From: an uncultured Thiotrichales bacterium
Lineage (GTDB): Bacteria; Pseudomonadota; Gammaproteobacteria; GCA-2400775
DNA: 64,000 bases
Direction of reading: 5' to 3'
Assembly (NCBI GenBank): GCA_964617475.1
Contig: CAZTYM010000001.1
Coordinates: 100,085 to 164,084, forward strand
Shown here: in pieces, positions 29,781 through 40,307 of the stretch
How positions within the stretch are numbered: position 1 is the stretch's first letter
Layout of the letters: every line of letters starts with the position of its first letter
Notes under the pieces: generated by a model
What the model saw: only the letters and a program-made list of their open reading frames with translations
What the model was told of the DNA's origin: nothing
The model's database searches: none
Position numbers and translations under genes: made by a program

Positions 29781-30476
29781 ATGGAATTTCGCGTTTATCG
29801 ATATAACCCAGAAGTTGATTCTGAACCCTATATGCAGTCATTCGAAGTTACAGCAATTAACGATGACACGATGCTATTGGATGTGCTGAAACAGATTAAA
29901 TCTGAGGATGAAACACTGACTTTTCGTCATTCATGTGGTGAAGGGGTATGTGGGTCCGATGCGATTAACGTTAATGGCCGAAACCTGCTTGGATGTATTA
30001 CCCCTGTTAGTGAATTAAAACAGCCTGTTGAAATTCGCCCTGTTCCTGGAATGCCCGTTATTCGGGACTTAGTTGTCGATATGAGTCAGTTTTATCACCA
30101 CTATCGCTCGATTGATCCTTATTTAATTGTCCACGATCCAATACCAGAAGAAGAGTTCTTGCAAAGCCCACAGCAAAGAGATGAACTAGACGGTTTGTAT
30201 GAGTGTATTCTTTGCGGATGCTGTACTACTGCTTGTCCTTCTTTTTGGTGGAATCCGGAACGTTACCGGGGACCAGCTGCATTATTGCAAGCTTATCGTT
30301 TTGTCGCCGATAGTCGCGATCAAGCGACTACCAAGCGCTTAGAAGGCCTTGAAGGTCCATATCGTTTGTTCCGTTGTCACACGATTATGAATTGCGTTGA
30401 TGCTTGTCCGAAAGGACTTAATCCGGCGCATGCCATTGTGGAATTAAAAAAGAAAATGATTAAGGAGTCGATTTAA
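29781..30476 (+). CDS. sdhB: Succinate dehydrogenase iron-sulfur subunit
   Basis: CGSDAINVNG, CILCGCCTTACPS and CHTIMNCVDACPKG cysteine clusters. Confidence 0.95.
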   Translation: MEFRVYRYNPEVDSEPYMQSFEVTAINDDTMLLDVLKQIKSEDETLTFRHSCGEGVCGSDAINVNGRNLLGCITPVSELKQPVEIRPVPGMPVIRDLVVDMSQFYHHYRSIDPYLIVHDPIPEEEFLQSPQQRDELDGLYECILCGCCTTACPSFWWNPERYRGPAALLQAYRFVADSRDQATTKRLEGLEGPYRLFRCHTIMNCVDACPKGLNPAHAIVELKKKMIKESI

Positions 30477-30478
30477 TC

Positions 30479-30718
30479 ATGGATATGTCCCGCTTGCGTT
30501 GGCGTTGTCGGCGCGGGATGGCAGAGCTCGATATAATGCTAGATAATTTTCTGACTTATGGTTATCTGCAGCTAGATCAACATAAGAAAACCGTGTTTTA
30601 TAAAATGCTTGAATACCCAGATAATGAACTTCATGATTATCTAATTTTAAAAACGCAACCCAGGGATAGGGAAATACAAGATGTCATCATATCGATCCGA
30701 GCCGCATTTAAGAATTGA
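30479..30718 (+). CDS. sdhE: FAD assembly factor SdhE (YgfY / CptB)
   Basis: RLRWRCRRGMAELD matches the SdhE N-terminal RGxxE signature; 79 aa; immediately after sdhB. Confidence 0.8.
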   Translation: MDMSRLRWRCRRGMAELDIMLDNFLTYGYLQLDQHKKTVFYKMLEYPDNELHDYLILKTQPRDREIQDVIISIRAAFKN

Positions 30719-31148
30719 TGTAAAAACATCTCGCTTCTTGATTATTTTTGTTGTTATAGCTCATGGCACAGCGTTTCTTGTGGCGGCGAGTATTGCAGCC
30801 ACATGGTATATCAAATTAGCGTTGATACTATCAGTAGTAGTAAGTGCGTATTACTCTCTTTTTATCTCACCATTTTTAGTGCTTCGTCATCCGCTTGTGT
30901 TGCTATTTAAAAATTCAGCAAACGCACTGATTAAATTTAACGGTAAAGGTTTTCATCGGGCGAAGATATGCAATGATACTTATATCCATCCATGGCTCGT
31001 GGTATTGAATCTCAAGCTGGCCACAGGAAAGCGGGTTTCTATTCCTTTGCTAAAAGACGGTATGAGTAGTGAACAGCATCGGCAACTACGTGTTTATTTA
31101 AAAATTCAAGGCTATCGAACAGCAGAAAAACTATCGCCAAGGCGATAA
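30681..31148 (+). CDS. ygfX: YgfX/CptA-like inner-membrane protein
   Basis: Overlaps the sdhE 3' end as ygfY-ygfX do in E. coli. Two TM helices followed by a basic C-terminal domain. Confidence 0.6.
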   Translation: MSSYRSEPHLRIDVKTSRFLIIFVVIAHGTAFLVAASIAATWYIKLALILSVVVSAYYSLFISPFLVLRHPLVLLFKNSANALIKFNGKGFHRAKICNDTYIHPWLVVLNLKLATGKRVSIPLLKDGMSSEQHRQLRVYLKIQGYRTAEKLSPRR

Positions 31149-31152
31149 CACG

Positions 31153-32733
31153 TTACGAGGTTTTTCGTAAATACGTGTTTTCTGCTACCTCGTTGGTTTC
31201 AGGATAGTCGAGTGTATAATGCAAACCACGGCTTTCCTGACGCAGCATGGCAGACCGGACTATGATATCTGCAATCGTGATAAGGTTACGTAGTTCTATC
31301 AAATCGTTGGTAATGATGTGATTGGCATAGAAATCATTGATCTCTTGCTTTAAGTTTTCGATGCGTTTTTTTGCTAGCTTTAAGCGTTTATTGCTTCTAA
31401 CAATGCCGACATAGTCCGACATGACGCGACGTAACTCGTCCCAGTTATGGTTGATCTCTACAGTTTCCAACGAGGGTGTGACCTGGCTGGCATCCCAGGG
31501 GCGCAATGATTTGGGGTGATCATTATTGTTAACCAGAGATTCAATACTCTGTGCAGCAGCTTCGGCCATCACTAGGCATTCTAGCAAAGAGTTGCTGGCC
31601 ATTCGGTTGGCGCCGTGCAGGCCGGTAAATGCCGTTTCACCAATGGCGTAAAGTCCGGGCAAGTCGGTTTCACCGTCTATATTCGCTACAACGCCGCCAC
31701 ACAGATAATGTGCAGCAGGAACCACGGGTATGGCTTGCGTGGTCATATCAAAACCAAATTGCTTGCATCGCTCGTAAACCGTAGGAAAGTGTTCGATGAT
31801 AAATTCACTGTCTCTATGGCTGATATCAAGATAAACAAAGTCTATTCCGAGACGTTTGATCTCGTGGTCAATGGCTCTGGCCACAATATCTCTTGGTGCA
31901 AGTTCACCTCGAGGATCAAATTTGTGAAGAAAAGCTTCGCCTGCTTTTTTGTCGTTATTGGGTAGGCGCAGTTTGGCCCCCTCACCACGCAAGGCTTCGG
32001 TTAATAAAAATGACTTGGCGTCGGGATGATAAAGACAGGTTGGATGGAATTGAATAAATTCCATGTTGCCGACACGGCAACCTGCGCGCCAGGCCATAGC
32101 GATGCCATCTCCCGTTGAAACATCAGGGTTGCTAGTGTAAAGATACACTTTGCCAGCACCACCAGTAGCCAGCACAGTGGCTTTAGCGCTGAAGACATCA
32201 ACCTGTGAGCTTGATTTATTTAATACATAGGCGCCGACACAACGATTTTCTTCGGTGATCAGATCGATGGCAATATGTTCATCAAAAATATCGATATTGG
32301 TGGCGTTGCGTGCCTGAGAGGCCAGATTGGTTTCAACTTCGTAACCGGTTGCGTCCGCTGAATGAATGACGCGGCGGTGGCTGTGCCCGCCTTCTTTCGT
32401 CAAGTGGTATTCGTTCTTGTTGTAGCGAGAAAAATTAACGCCGCCTCGTATTAACCATTCAATGCTTTTTCTGGCGTTTTCGACTACATAACGAACGGTT
32501 TCGCTATCGCATAATCCGGCCCCGGCAGAAAGGGTATCTTCGATGTGGGCATCGACTGAATCGTTTTTGTCCAAAACAACTGAAATTCCTCCCTGCGCAT
32601 ATAGCGTTGCACTTTCGGTAAGTGTCGATTTTGCCAGCACAGCGATACGGATCTTTTTCGGTAAACGCAAGGCGAGTGTCAGTCCGGCTGCGCCGGCGCC
32701 GAAGATGATAACGTCGTATTGATAAGGTTTCAT
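31153..32733 (-). CDS. nadB: L-aspartate oxidase
   Basis: YDVIIFGAGAAGLTLA FAD motif and a fumarate-reductase/succinate-dehydrogenase flavoprotein fold without the covalent-FAD His context. Divergent from rpoE as in E. coli. Confidence 0.9.
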   Translation of the reverse strand: MKPYQYDVIIFGAGAAGLTLALRLPKKIRIAVLAKSTLTESATLYAQGGISVVLDKNDSVDAHIEDTLSAGAGLCDSETVRYVVENARKSIEWLIRGGVNFSRYNKNEYHLTKEGGHSHRRVIHSADATGYEVETNLASQARNATNIDIFDEHIAIDLITEENRCVGAYVLNKSSSQVDVFSAKATVLATGGAGKVYLYTSNPDVSTGDGIAMAWRAGCRVGNMEFIQFHPTCLYHPDAKSFLLTEALRGEGAKLRLPNNDKKAGEAFLHKFDPRGELAPRDIVARAIDHEIKRLGIDFVYLDISHRDSEFIIEHFPTVYERCKQFGFDMTTQAIPVVPAAHYLCGGVVANIDGETDLPGLYAIGETAFTGLHGANRMASNSLLECLVMAEAAAQSIESLVNNNDHPKSLRPWDASQVTPSLETVEINHNWDELRRVMSDYVGIVRSNKRLKLAKKRIENLKQEINDFYANHIITNDLIELRNLITIADIIVRSAMLRQESRGLHYTLDYPETNEVAENTYLRKTS

Positions 32734-33044
32734 TAACAGAGAAGTCTTACTTATAGCGTTGTTCGCTACTATAATAGATGGCTTATTGTGGTGATTGCCA
32801 GGCTTCGAACTATATTAGCGACTTTTGCTCTTTCACTCAAAATTCGGATTTGTTTTTAATTATCGCTGTAAAACAAGCTTAAAGTCCGTCAAAATGGCGT
32901 TGAACCGGCATAGATTAGCGGTAAATAAGTATTTTTTAATAAAACGGAATGCCATAGTCTTCATGAACTCTTATCTCTCAACACTGTCTAGCAACTGTAG
33001 CTGGCAGAGACCAGTTGGGCAAAAAGCCCTATAGAGCGCGGTAA

Positions 33045-33617
33045 ATGGTCGATAAAGAGTTAGTAGAAAGGGTAAAACAGGGTGATAAACGGGCGTTTGA
33101 TGCATTGGTATTAAAGTATCAGCATCGACTCGTAAAATTGATTTCTGGCTATGTTAGAGATCAGGCCGATGTACATGATATTGCCCAGGAAGCTTTTATT
33201 AAAGCTTATCGTGCCATTCCGAAGTTTAGAGGTGATAGCGCGTTTTACACATGGCTTTACAGAATTGCCATTAATACGGCTAAAAACTACTTGGTATCGC
33301 AAGGGCGAAAGCCGAGAACAGTCGATATTGATGACGATACGGACGGTAGTTTTTTGTCGAACCCAGAGTTAAGAGATATAGCAACACCAGATCGCTTAAT
33401 TCAGAGAGATGAAATTGAAAAAACGGTTTTTGATGCTATAGAGCAATTACCGGAAGATTTGAGGGTTGCTGTAACTTTACGCGAACTTGATGGTCTTAGC
33501 TATGAGGAGATTGCCGATGCTATGGATTGTCCGATTGGAACAGTGCGTTCTCGCATTTTCCGGGCGCGTGAAGCAATTGATGATCGATTAGATGGTTTAC
33601 TAAGGAATAATGGTTAG
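33045..33617 (+). CDS. rpoE: RNA polymerase sigma-E (sigma-24)
   Basis: LVERVKQGDKRAFDALVLKYQHRLV and region 4 YEEIADAMDCPIGTVRSRIFRAREAI are close to E. coli RpoE. Confidence 0.9.
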   Translation: MVDKELVERVKQGDKRAFDALVLKYQHRLVKLISGYVRDQADVHDIAQEAFIKAYRAIPKFRGDSAFYTWLYRIAINTAKNYLVSQGRKPRTVDIDDDTDGSFLSNPELRDIATPDRLIQRDEIEKTVFDAIEQLPEDLRVAVTLRELDGLSYEEIADAMDCPIGTVRSRIFRAREAIDDRLDGLLRNNG

Positions 33618-33621
33618 AAAC

Positions 33622-34191
33622 ATGAAACATGATTTTGAAGAATCGTTGTCAGCATTGGTTGACGGAGAGCTTGATAACAGTCAACGGCACAAGATTGCTG
33701 ATGAGCTCTTAACTAATGCTAATGCCAGAGAGACTTGGCATAGATACCATTTACTTCGTGATGCATTAAAGAAAAATCTACCCGAAGAGCTGGCTCCCAA
33801 TCTAGTAGATCGCGTTTGTAATGCGATAGCAAATGAACCTACGCACAAGCTCACATCAGAATCAACATTTGAATCTGATAAAAAATCATCCTGGGGCTTC
33901 GGCTTTAAACCTGCTTACGGTTTTGTTGCCGTGGCTGCGTTAGTCGTTGCCGTTGTTACGGTAAGCCAGATTGAAAATGTAGCGACAGATTTACCTGAAC
34001 TTGCCAAGACAGACTCAAACAATGTAAACGTCGGTCAGTCAGGAAGTGACAGTGTTGCTGGTGGCATTTCGGTTGTAGATAACTCGCAGCTCTCGGCATA
34101 TTTGGTCAACCATTCGACGCGGTCGCAGCGACCGTTGCAAAATCGTCTTATCCCTTATGTTACTTCCGTCGAATATTCTTACAAGCGTTAA
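33622..34191 (+). CDS. rseA: Anti-sigma-E factor RseA
   Basis: SLSALVDGELD N-terminal motif followed by a TM segment. An alternative in-frame start lies at 33610. Confidence 0.75.
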   Translation: MKHDFEESLSALVDGELDNSQRHKIADELLTNANARETWHRYHLLRDALKKNLPEELAPNLVDRVCNAIANEPTHKLTSESTFESDKKSSWGFGFKPAYGFVAVAALVVAVVTVSQIENVATDLPELAKTDSNNVNVGQSGSDSVAGGISVVDNSQLSAYLVNHSTRSQRPLQNRLIPYVTSVEYSYKR

Positions 34192-34231
34192 GTCAGGTTA
34201 GAGTCGCTATATTTGAATTACAGTTTCCAAA

Positions 34232-35245
34232 ATGATTGCTAAATACCGATCTCTTATTTTCTGCTTAGCAATTTTGCTGGTGCCGTCAAGCTTAGCGTTT
34301 GCAAATAAAACCAAGCATATTGAACATTGGCTAGACCGCATGGCTCATGCATCTGAAGCGTTGAGTTATAAAGGACGTTTTATTCACGAAGTAGATAGCG
34401 AGACTTCCTTACTCGAAATAGTCCATGTAGTTGCTGATAAGGGGTCGCGAGAACGCATCGTGAGTCTAAGTGGTGAACCACAAGAGTTGATACGAGACCA
34501 GCATGGCAATGTGTTTTTGATGGACTTTAAGCAACCTTTGTTAATTGACAAGAATGTCCACGAAGTTTCGTTGGCGGTGCGTCTTAAACAGAATCTAAGT
34601 AACGTGTTGAAAAATTATCGATTCAACTTCGATAAGGTTGATCGCGTTGCTGGTAGGAAGTCTCAAGTATTTTCTATTGTACCGCTAGATATGCAGCGCT
34701 ACAGCTATCGTCTCTGGGTAGATGACGAAACAGGGTTTCTCATACGTTCTCAATTGATAAACGAGAAAGGCAAGGTTTTGGAACATATCATGTTTTCAGA
34801 CATTGAAATCATGAAGACTCCAAACAATTCACTACTGCAAGCAGTGCGTTACAGCGATGAATTTGATGTAAATAGTTCGCGCTCAGATATTCCAGACAAC
34901 AGCAATAAAGTTAACCAAATAGATGCTTGGCATATCACTGGTAAACCTTCTGGCTTCTGGCAAGTTAATCATAATCCGAATATGTTGCTTGGGGCTAAAA
35001 AGTCGGTGATTTATTTATCTCTTACTGATGGTTTGGCATCAGTTTCGGTTTATATAGAACCGCTTAAGCAGCCAGTTAAAAAAATGCTGAGCGGTGTATC
35101 TCGCTCGGGCGCGCTTAGCGCATTTGGCAGAGTGATAGATCATCATCAAATTACCGTAGTTGGCGAGGTTCCTCCTACTACAGTTGAAGAAATAGGTAAT
35201 GCAGTAACCAGAGCGACCGTTAGTTTAAGTACCAAAGGGGAATGA
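34232..35245 (+). CDS. rseB: Sigma-E regulatory protein RseB
   Basis: Signal peptide, MucB/RseB-sized periplasmic protein, located after rseA. Confidence 0.8.
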   Translation: MIAKYRSLIFCLAILLVPSSLAFANKTKHIEHWLDRMAHASEALSYKGRFIHEVDSETSLLEIVHVVADKGSRERIVSLSGEPQELIRDQHGNVFLMDFKQPLLIDKNVHEVSLAVRLKQNLSNVLKNYRFNFDKVDRVAGRKSQVFSIVPLDMQRYSYRLWVDDETGFLIRSQLINEKGKVLEHIMFSDIEIMKTPNNSLLQAVRYSDEFDVNSSRSDIPDNSNKVNQIDAWHITGKPSGFWQVNHNPNMLLGAKKSVIYLSLTDGLASVSVYIEPLKQPVKKMLSGVSRSGALSAFGRVIDHHQITVVGEVPPTTVEEIGNAVTRATVSLSTKGE

Positions 35246-35697
35246 AGTTAATGCAAGAAACGGTGAGAGTGGTTGCATTAGAGGAAGGCGCTGCATGGAT
35301 AGAAAAAAAACGCCAAAGTCAGTGTGGTGGCTGTCGAGCTCGTCATGCTTGCGGTTCTGCAATATTGAGTAAAGTGCTTGGTACGCGCCGCAACCAATTA
35401 CGTGTTGTCGCACCTGCAGGCGTGAGTGTTGGCCAAGATGTCGAAATAGAATTTAAAGAAGCGGTGCTGATTAAGGCTTCATTTATGCTCTATATGTTAC
35501 CGTTAATTGGCTTTTTCTTAGGCGCAGTTGTTGGGAAAATAGTAACTAATTATGCAGGCTTTGGTAGTGAAATTTTGATTATATTTGCTGCATTGGCTGG
35601 ATTTTTTGGTGTTGTCATTGCGTTGCGAAGCTTTTCGAATGCATTTGCGGATAAGTCGCAATATCAGCCAAAAATAACTCGTATTGTAGAGTCGTAA
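35242..35697 (+). CDS. rseC: Sigma-E regulatory protein RseC
   Basis: CGGCRARHACG motif and C-terminal TM helices typical of RseC/MucC. Confidence 0.75.
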   Translation: MKLMQETVRVVALEEGAAWIEKKRQSQCGGCRARHACGSAILSKVLGTRRNQLRVVAPAGVSVGQDVEIEFKEAVLIKASFMLYMLPLIGFFLGAVVGKIVTNYAGFGSEILIIFAALAGFFGVVIALRSFSNAFADKSQYQPKITRIVES

Positions 35698-35717
35698 GGA
35701 ACCAATGCAGAGGCTCA

Positions 35718-37214
35718 TTGTCTACAACAATGAATGAACTGAGGGCTTTAATTTTGAACTATAGAATTTTTAATCGTTTTATATTCTCATTTGTATTGGT
35801 GGTCGTTTTATCAGTACCAGTAGTTTCAAGTGCGGCTGTTCGTGGTTTGCCAGATTTTACCGAGCTTGTTGAGCAGTCCGCTCCAGCGGTGGTTAATATT
35901 GGTACAACCCAAAAGATTAGTCGTGGCTCTCGTGAGGCCCCTCACGGCGGATTGATTCCTGATTTGCCGGAGAATAGCCCATTTAATGATTTTTTTCGTC
36001 GTTTTCTTGATGAAGACGAAAGTGATGAAGAGGCATTAGAGGAATTTCGCCCTCGTTCTTTAGGCTCTGGTTTTATCTTCGATAAGTCTGGTCTGGTTTT
36101 AACGAACCATCATGTTGTCGAAGGAGCTGATGAGGTTGTTGTTCGACTTAGCGACCGCAGAGAATACACTGCTGAGGTTATCGGTAGTGATAAGCGTAGT
36201 GATATTGCTGTACTAAAAATTGATGCCGACGAAGATTTACCTGTCGTTAAAATTGGTTCACCTGATGATTTGAAAGTAGGTGAGTGGGTATTAGCTATTG
36301 GCTCTCCTTTCGGTTTTGATTACACAGTAACAGCGGGTATTGTTAGCGCTAAGTCACGTAGTTTACCAAGCGAAAACTACGTACCCTTTATTCAGACTGA
36401 TGTGGCCATTAACCCCGGTAATTCCGGTGGCCCTTTATTTAATCTGAAAGGCGAGGTTGTCGGTGTTAATGCGCAGATTTTTAGTCGCACTGGTGGCTTT
36501 ATGGGCTTGTCTTTTTCAATACCGATTGATTTAGCGATTGAGGTTAGTGATCAGCTTCGTGATACCGGTGTTGTTGCTCGTGGTTGGCTTGGCGTGTTAA
36601 TTCAAGATGTCACGCGAGATTTGGCTGAGTCCTTTGGCATGGATAAACCTGAAGGCGCTCTAGTGTCTAGAGTGTTACCAGATAGTCCAGCAGAAGACGC
36701 GGGTTTCCAGGTGGGTGATATCATACTTAAGTTCAACAGCCGCTCATTACCTAACTCATCATCGCTACCTCCGGTGGTAGGTCGTGTGAAGGTGGGTAGT
36801 GAGGTAAAAGTGAGCATTATTCGTAACGGTAAACCAAAAACCTTACGCGTTCGCATTGGAGAATTACCTGGTGAGCCACAGGCAAGGCCAGCTAGTCTCA
36901 ATAAATCCCCTAAGGCTGGTGTTAAAGACGTCGATCGAATTGGCTTAACGGTATCAGATCTTACTGATGAACAGCGTGATGAAGCAGATGTCGATGAGTA
37001 TGGTGTGATTGCTACGGATATTAGTCGCGGTTCAGCTTCTCGCGCCGGGGTACGTAAAGGCGATATTATCTTAAAGCTTGATCAGGAGGATGTTGAAACC
37101 GCTAAACAGTTTCGGGACATGATTGAGTCTATTCCTGACGGTAAATCTGTACCGATGTTGGTACAAAGAAACGGCGCTCCAACGTTTTTAGCACTTAAGA
37201 TAGACGATAAATAG
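35718..37214 (+). CDS. Periplasmic serine endoprotease DegP/DegQ/MucD family
   Basis: Trypsin-fold catalytic triad context (TNHHVV, GNSGGPL) plus two PDZ domains. Sits after rseC as mucD does in Pseudomonas. Confidence 0.85.
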   Translation: MSTTMNELRALILNYRIFNRFIFSFVLVVVLSVPVVSSAAVRGLPDFTELVEQSAPAVVNIGTTQKISRGSREAPHGGLIPDLPENSPFNDFFRRFLDEDESDEEALEEFRPRSLGSGFIFDKSGLVLTNHHVVEGADEVVVRLSDRREYTAEVIGSDKRSDIAVLKIDADEDLPVVKIGSPDDLKVGEWVLAIGSPFGFDYTVTAGIVSAKSRSLPSENYVPFIQTDVAINPGNSGGPLFNLKGEVVGVNAQIFSRTGGFMGLSFSIPIDLAIEVSDQLRDTGVVARGWLGVLIQDVTRDLAESFGMDKPEGALVSRVLPDSPAEDAGFQVGDIILKFNSRSLPNSSSLPPVVGRVKVGSEVKVSIIRNGKPKTLRVRIGELPGEPQARPASLNKSPKAGVKDVDRIGLTVSDLTDEQRDEADVDEYGVIATDISRGSASRAGVRKGDIILKLDQEDVETAKQFRDMIESIPDGKSVPMLVQRNGAPTFLALKIDDK

Positions 37215-37328
37215 CGTTTTCACCTTCCCCTATCTACTCGGGGCGCGCGACTCTAGCCATAGGTTTAGATGTCGCAGCGCCCCGATTTGGTTTAATATGA
37301 GCCATTTTCTTGGGCCCATACTAACCAA

Positions 37329-39122
37329 ATGCAGCACATCAGAAACTTCTCCATCATCGCTCATGTCGATCATGGCAAATCCACTTTAGCTGATCGTTTT
37401 ATCCAATTATGCGGTGGGCTAAGTGATAGAGAAATGGCCGATCAAGTTCTTGATTCGATGGATCTTGAGCGCGAGCGGGGTATTACCATCAAAGCGCAAA
37501 GTGTCTCGCTCGACTATGTTGCTGAGGATGGCAACAAATATTTACTCAATTTCATCGATACGCCGGGGCATGTCGATTTTTCTTATGAAGTATCGCGGTC
37601 GTTAGCGGCATGTGATGGCGCGTTGCTTGTTGTTGACGCCGCGCAGGGCGTAGAAGCGCAGACTGTGGCGAATTGCTATACTGCCGTTGATCTGGGCTTG
37701 GAAGTGATACCAGTGTTAAATAAAGTTGATCTACCTTCAGCTGAACCTGAACGAGTGATTGACGAAATTGAGGAGATTGTTGGTATCTCAGCTGAGGATG
37801 CGCTTAGTGTTAGTGCAAAAACCGGTTTAGGCGTCAAAGAATTACTGAATCAGCTTGTTAAGCGCATTCCTCCACCGAGTGGTAGTGTCGATAAACCTGT
37901 GCAAGCACTGATTATTGACTCATGGTTCGATAATTATTTAGGTGTGGTTTCCTTGGTCCGGGTTGTCAACGGTAGTTTAAAAAAACGTCAGCGTATCAAG
38001 GTTATGTCAACTGGCAAAGACTATATTGCTGATAGTGTTGGTATTTATACACCTAAAGCGGTGCAGCGTGATGAGTTGATGACTGGCGAAGTTGGGTTCG
38101 TGATTGCCGGTATCAAAGATGTCGACGGCGCTCCAGTTGGTGATACCTTAACCGATAACAATCGCCCTGCAAATGAACCATTACCTGGCTTTCAAACCGT
38201 TCAGCCACAAGTGTTTGCCGGTCTATTTCCAATTAGCTCTGATAATTATGAGGATTTGCGTGAAGCTCTGGCTAAGCTACGTATTAATGATACTGCGTTG
38301 TTTTACGAGCCAGAAACCTCACAAGCGCTGGGGTTTGGCTTTCGTTGTGGCTTTCTCGGTATGTTACACATGGAGATTGTGCAAGAAAGGCTGGAGCGAG
38401 AGTATCAGCTTGAACTAATAACAACCGCGCCGACGGTAATTTATGAAGTTACCAAGACTGATGACACGACTATTAATGTTGATAATCCGGCATTGCTTCC
38501 GCCTGTTAATGAGATTGCCACATTAGCCGAACCCATCATTCTGGCTAATATTCTCGTACCGCAGACTTACCTGGGGGCGGTTATCACTTTATGTGTTGAA
38601 AAGCGTGGTACACAAAAGCGTCTTGAATATTTAGGCCATCAAGTCGCGCTAAGTTACGAAATGCCAATGAATGAGGTTGTCCTTGATTTCTTCGATCGTC
38701 TTAAATCTGTAAGCCGTGGCTATGCCTCGTTGGACTACAGTTTTGTCCGCTTTGAACCGGCCGACTTGGTGAAAGTGGACATTTTGATTAATGGCGAGAA
38801 AGTAGATGCACTTTCGACCATTGTTCACCGCGATCAATCCTATCCTCGTGGCCGACAACTGGCTGAAAAAATGAAGGAATTAATACCACGGCAAATGTTT
38901 GAAGTTGCGATACAGGCGACTATCGGTAATCATGTCATTGCTCGGGAGTCGGTTAAGGCATTAAGAAAAAATGTTACCGCAAAATGCTATGGTGGTGATA
39001 TCACCCGCAAACGCAAGTTGCTAGAAAAACAAAAAGAAGGGAAGAAAAGAATGAAACAAGTGGGGTCTGTTGATATTCCGCAAGAAGCTTTTCTCGCTGT
39101 ATTACAAGTAGGGAAAAAATAA
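37329..39122 (+). CDS. lepA: Elongation factor 4 (LepA)
   Basis: Near-identical to E. coli LepA across GTP-binding motifs ([21 protein letters not shown]). Confidence 0.95.
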   Translation: MQHIRNFSIIAHVDHGKSTLADRFIQLCGGLSDREMADQVLDSMDLERERGITIKAQSVSLDYVAEDGNKYLLNFIDTPGHVDFSYEVSRSLAACDGALLVVDAAQGVEAQTVANCYTAVDLGLEVIPVLNKVDLPSAEPERVIDEIEEIVGISAEDALSVSAKTGLGVKELLNQLVKRIPPPSGSVDKPVQALIIDSWFDNYLGVVSLVRVVNGSLKKRQRIKVMSTGKDYIADSVGIYTPKAVQRDELMTGEVGFVIAGIKDVDGAPVGDTLTDNNRPANEPLPGFQTVQPQVFAGLFPISSDNYEDLREALAKLRINDTALFYEPETSQALGFGFRCGFLGMLHMEIVQERLEREYQLELITTAPTVIYEVTKTDDTTINVDNPALLPPVNEIATLAEPIILANILVPQTYLGAVITLCVEKRGTQKRLEYLGHQVALSYEMPMNEVVLDFFDRLKSVSRGYASLDYSFVRFEPADLVKVDILINGEKVDALSTIVHRDQSYPRGRQLAEKMKELIPRQMFEVAIQATIGNHVIARESVKALRKNVTAKCYGGDITRKRKLLEKQKEGKKRMKQVGSVDIPQEAFLAVLQVGKK

Positions 39123-39928
39123 TGGATTTTGATTTTGCCGCCATCATGCTGGTCGTGCTATTGGTCACCGGATTGATATGGGTGATTGATCTGGCTGGTG
39201 GAGCACGAAAACGCTGGGCTTTATATAAAGAAATTTCGGCATCTGATAGAGAAGCAACGGAAGAAGAGCAAAAAGCGTTAAAAGAACCAGTAATAGTCGA
39301 CTATGCACGGTCGATATTTGGGGTAATACTGGTTGTATTTATAGTTAGGTCGTTTATTTTTGAACCATTTCGCATTCCTTCTGGCTCAATGATGCCAACC
39401 TTGGTCGATGGTGATTTTATATTAGTTAATAAATTTGACTACGGAATTCGAATTCCTGTAATCAATAAAAAGCTCATCGAGTTAGGTAGTCCAGAGCGAG
39501 GCGACGTGATTGTTTTTCGTTATCCTAATAAACCCAGTGTTGATTATATTAAACGAGTCATTGGCTTGCCTGGTGATGAAATACGCTACGAGAAAAAACA
39601 GGTTTTTGTTAATGGTGAAGAAGTTGAGCTTACGGACCAAGGGCGTTTCCCTGGTTGGAAAAATGAAGGTAAGGGGAGTTTGGTGCTTTCAGAAGTTCTC
39701 GGAGATGCAGAACATCAAATATTAGTAGATCCGCGGGGCCGTCGTAATGATGGTTCTGGAGTATTTACGGTGCCTAAGGGAGAATACTTTGTCATGGGCG
39801 ATAATCGTGACCATAGTAACGATAGTCGCTTTTGGGGATATGTTCCTGATGAAAATTTAGTTGGAAGAGCCTTTTTTATTTGGATGAATTTTTCTTCTTT
39901 TGAACGGGTAGGAAGTTCAATCCGATAA
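39122..39928 (+). CDS. lepB: Signal peptidase I
   Basis: SGSMMPTL catalytic Ser box, KRVIGLPGD, and GDNRDHSNDSRFWG boxes. Confidence 0.9.
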   Translation: MDFDFAAIMLVVLLVTGLIWVIDLAGGARKRWALYKEISASDREATEEEQKALKEPVIVDYARSIFGVILVVFIVRSFIFEPFRIPSGSMMPTLVDGDFILVNKFDYGIRIPVINKKLIELGSPERGDVIVFRYPNKPSVDYIKRVIGLPGDEIRYEKKQVFVNGEEVELTDQGRFPGWKNEGKGSLVLSEVLGDAEHQILVDPRGRRNDGSGVFTVPKGEYFVMGDNRDHSNDSRFWGYVPDENLVGRAFFIWMNFSSFERVGSSIR

Positions 39929-39941
39929 ACTCGGAGGTATT

Positions 39942-40307
39942 ATGCAAAAACGAAATAAACAGTTAGGGATGGGTTTGTGGGGAGTATTGATTGTTCTTGC
40001 CCTAATCGCTTTTTTTGCCACGCTTGTAATACGCCTTTACCCGGTTTACTACGAGTATTTTAGTATCACTTCTATTATGAGTCGTATTTCAAAGGAGCAG
40101 TTAAACAGCAAAAGTGAAATTGTACAGCGGCTCAGTAAAACAATGCAGATTGATAACGTAAGCCGAATAGATCTTGATGACTTTGATATTAAGCAAACGA
40201 GAGCAGGTTACACAGTCACGCTAGATTACGAAGATCGTGTGCATATCTTTGGTAACGTAGATGCAATCGCAAGTTTTAATAAAGTCATTGAAATATCACG
40301 ACCTTGA
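39942..40307 (+). CDS. DUF4845-family small membrane protein
   Basis: N-terminal TM helix and conserved placement between lepB and rnc as in many gammaproteobacteria. Family name assigned from memory. Confidence 0.5.
   Translation: MQKRNKQLGMGLWGVLIVLALIAFFATLVIRLYPVYYEYFSITSIMSRISKEQLNSKSEIVQRLSKTMQIDNVSRIDLDDFDIKQTRAGYTVTLDYEDRVHIFGNVDAIASFNKVIEISRP

Noticed and set aside
37240-37290. GC-rich hairpin (GGGGCGC ... GCGCCCC) between degP and lepA as an intrinsic terminator
   Set aside because: The stem is convincing but the downstream T-tract is weak (GATTT), so it is left uncalled as a feature. It may still attenuate read-through into lepA.
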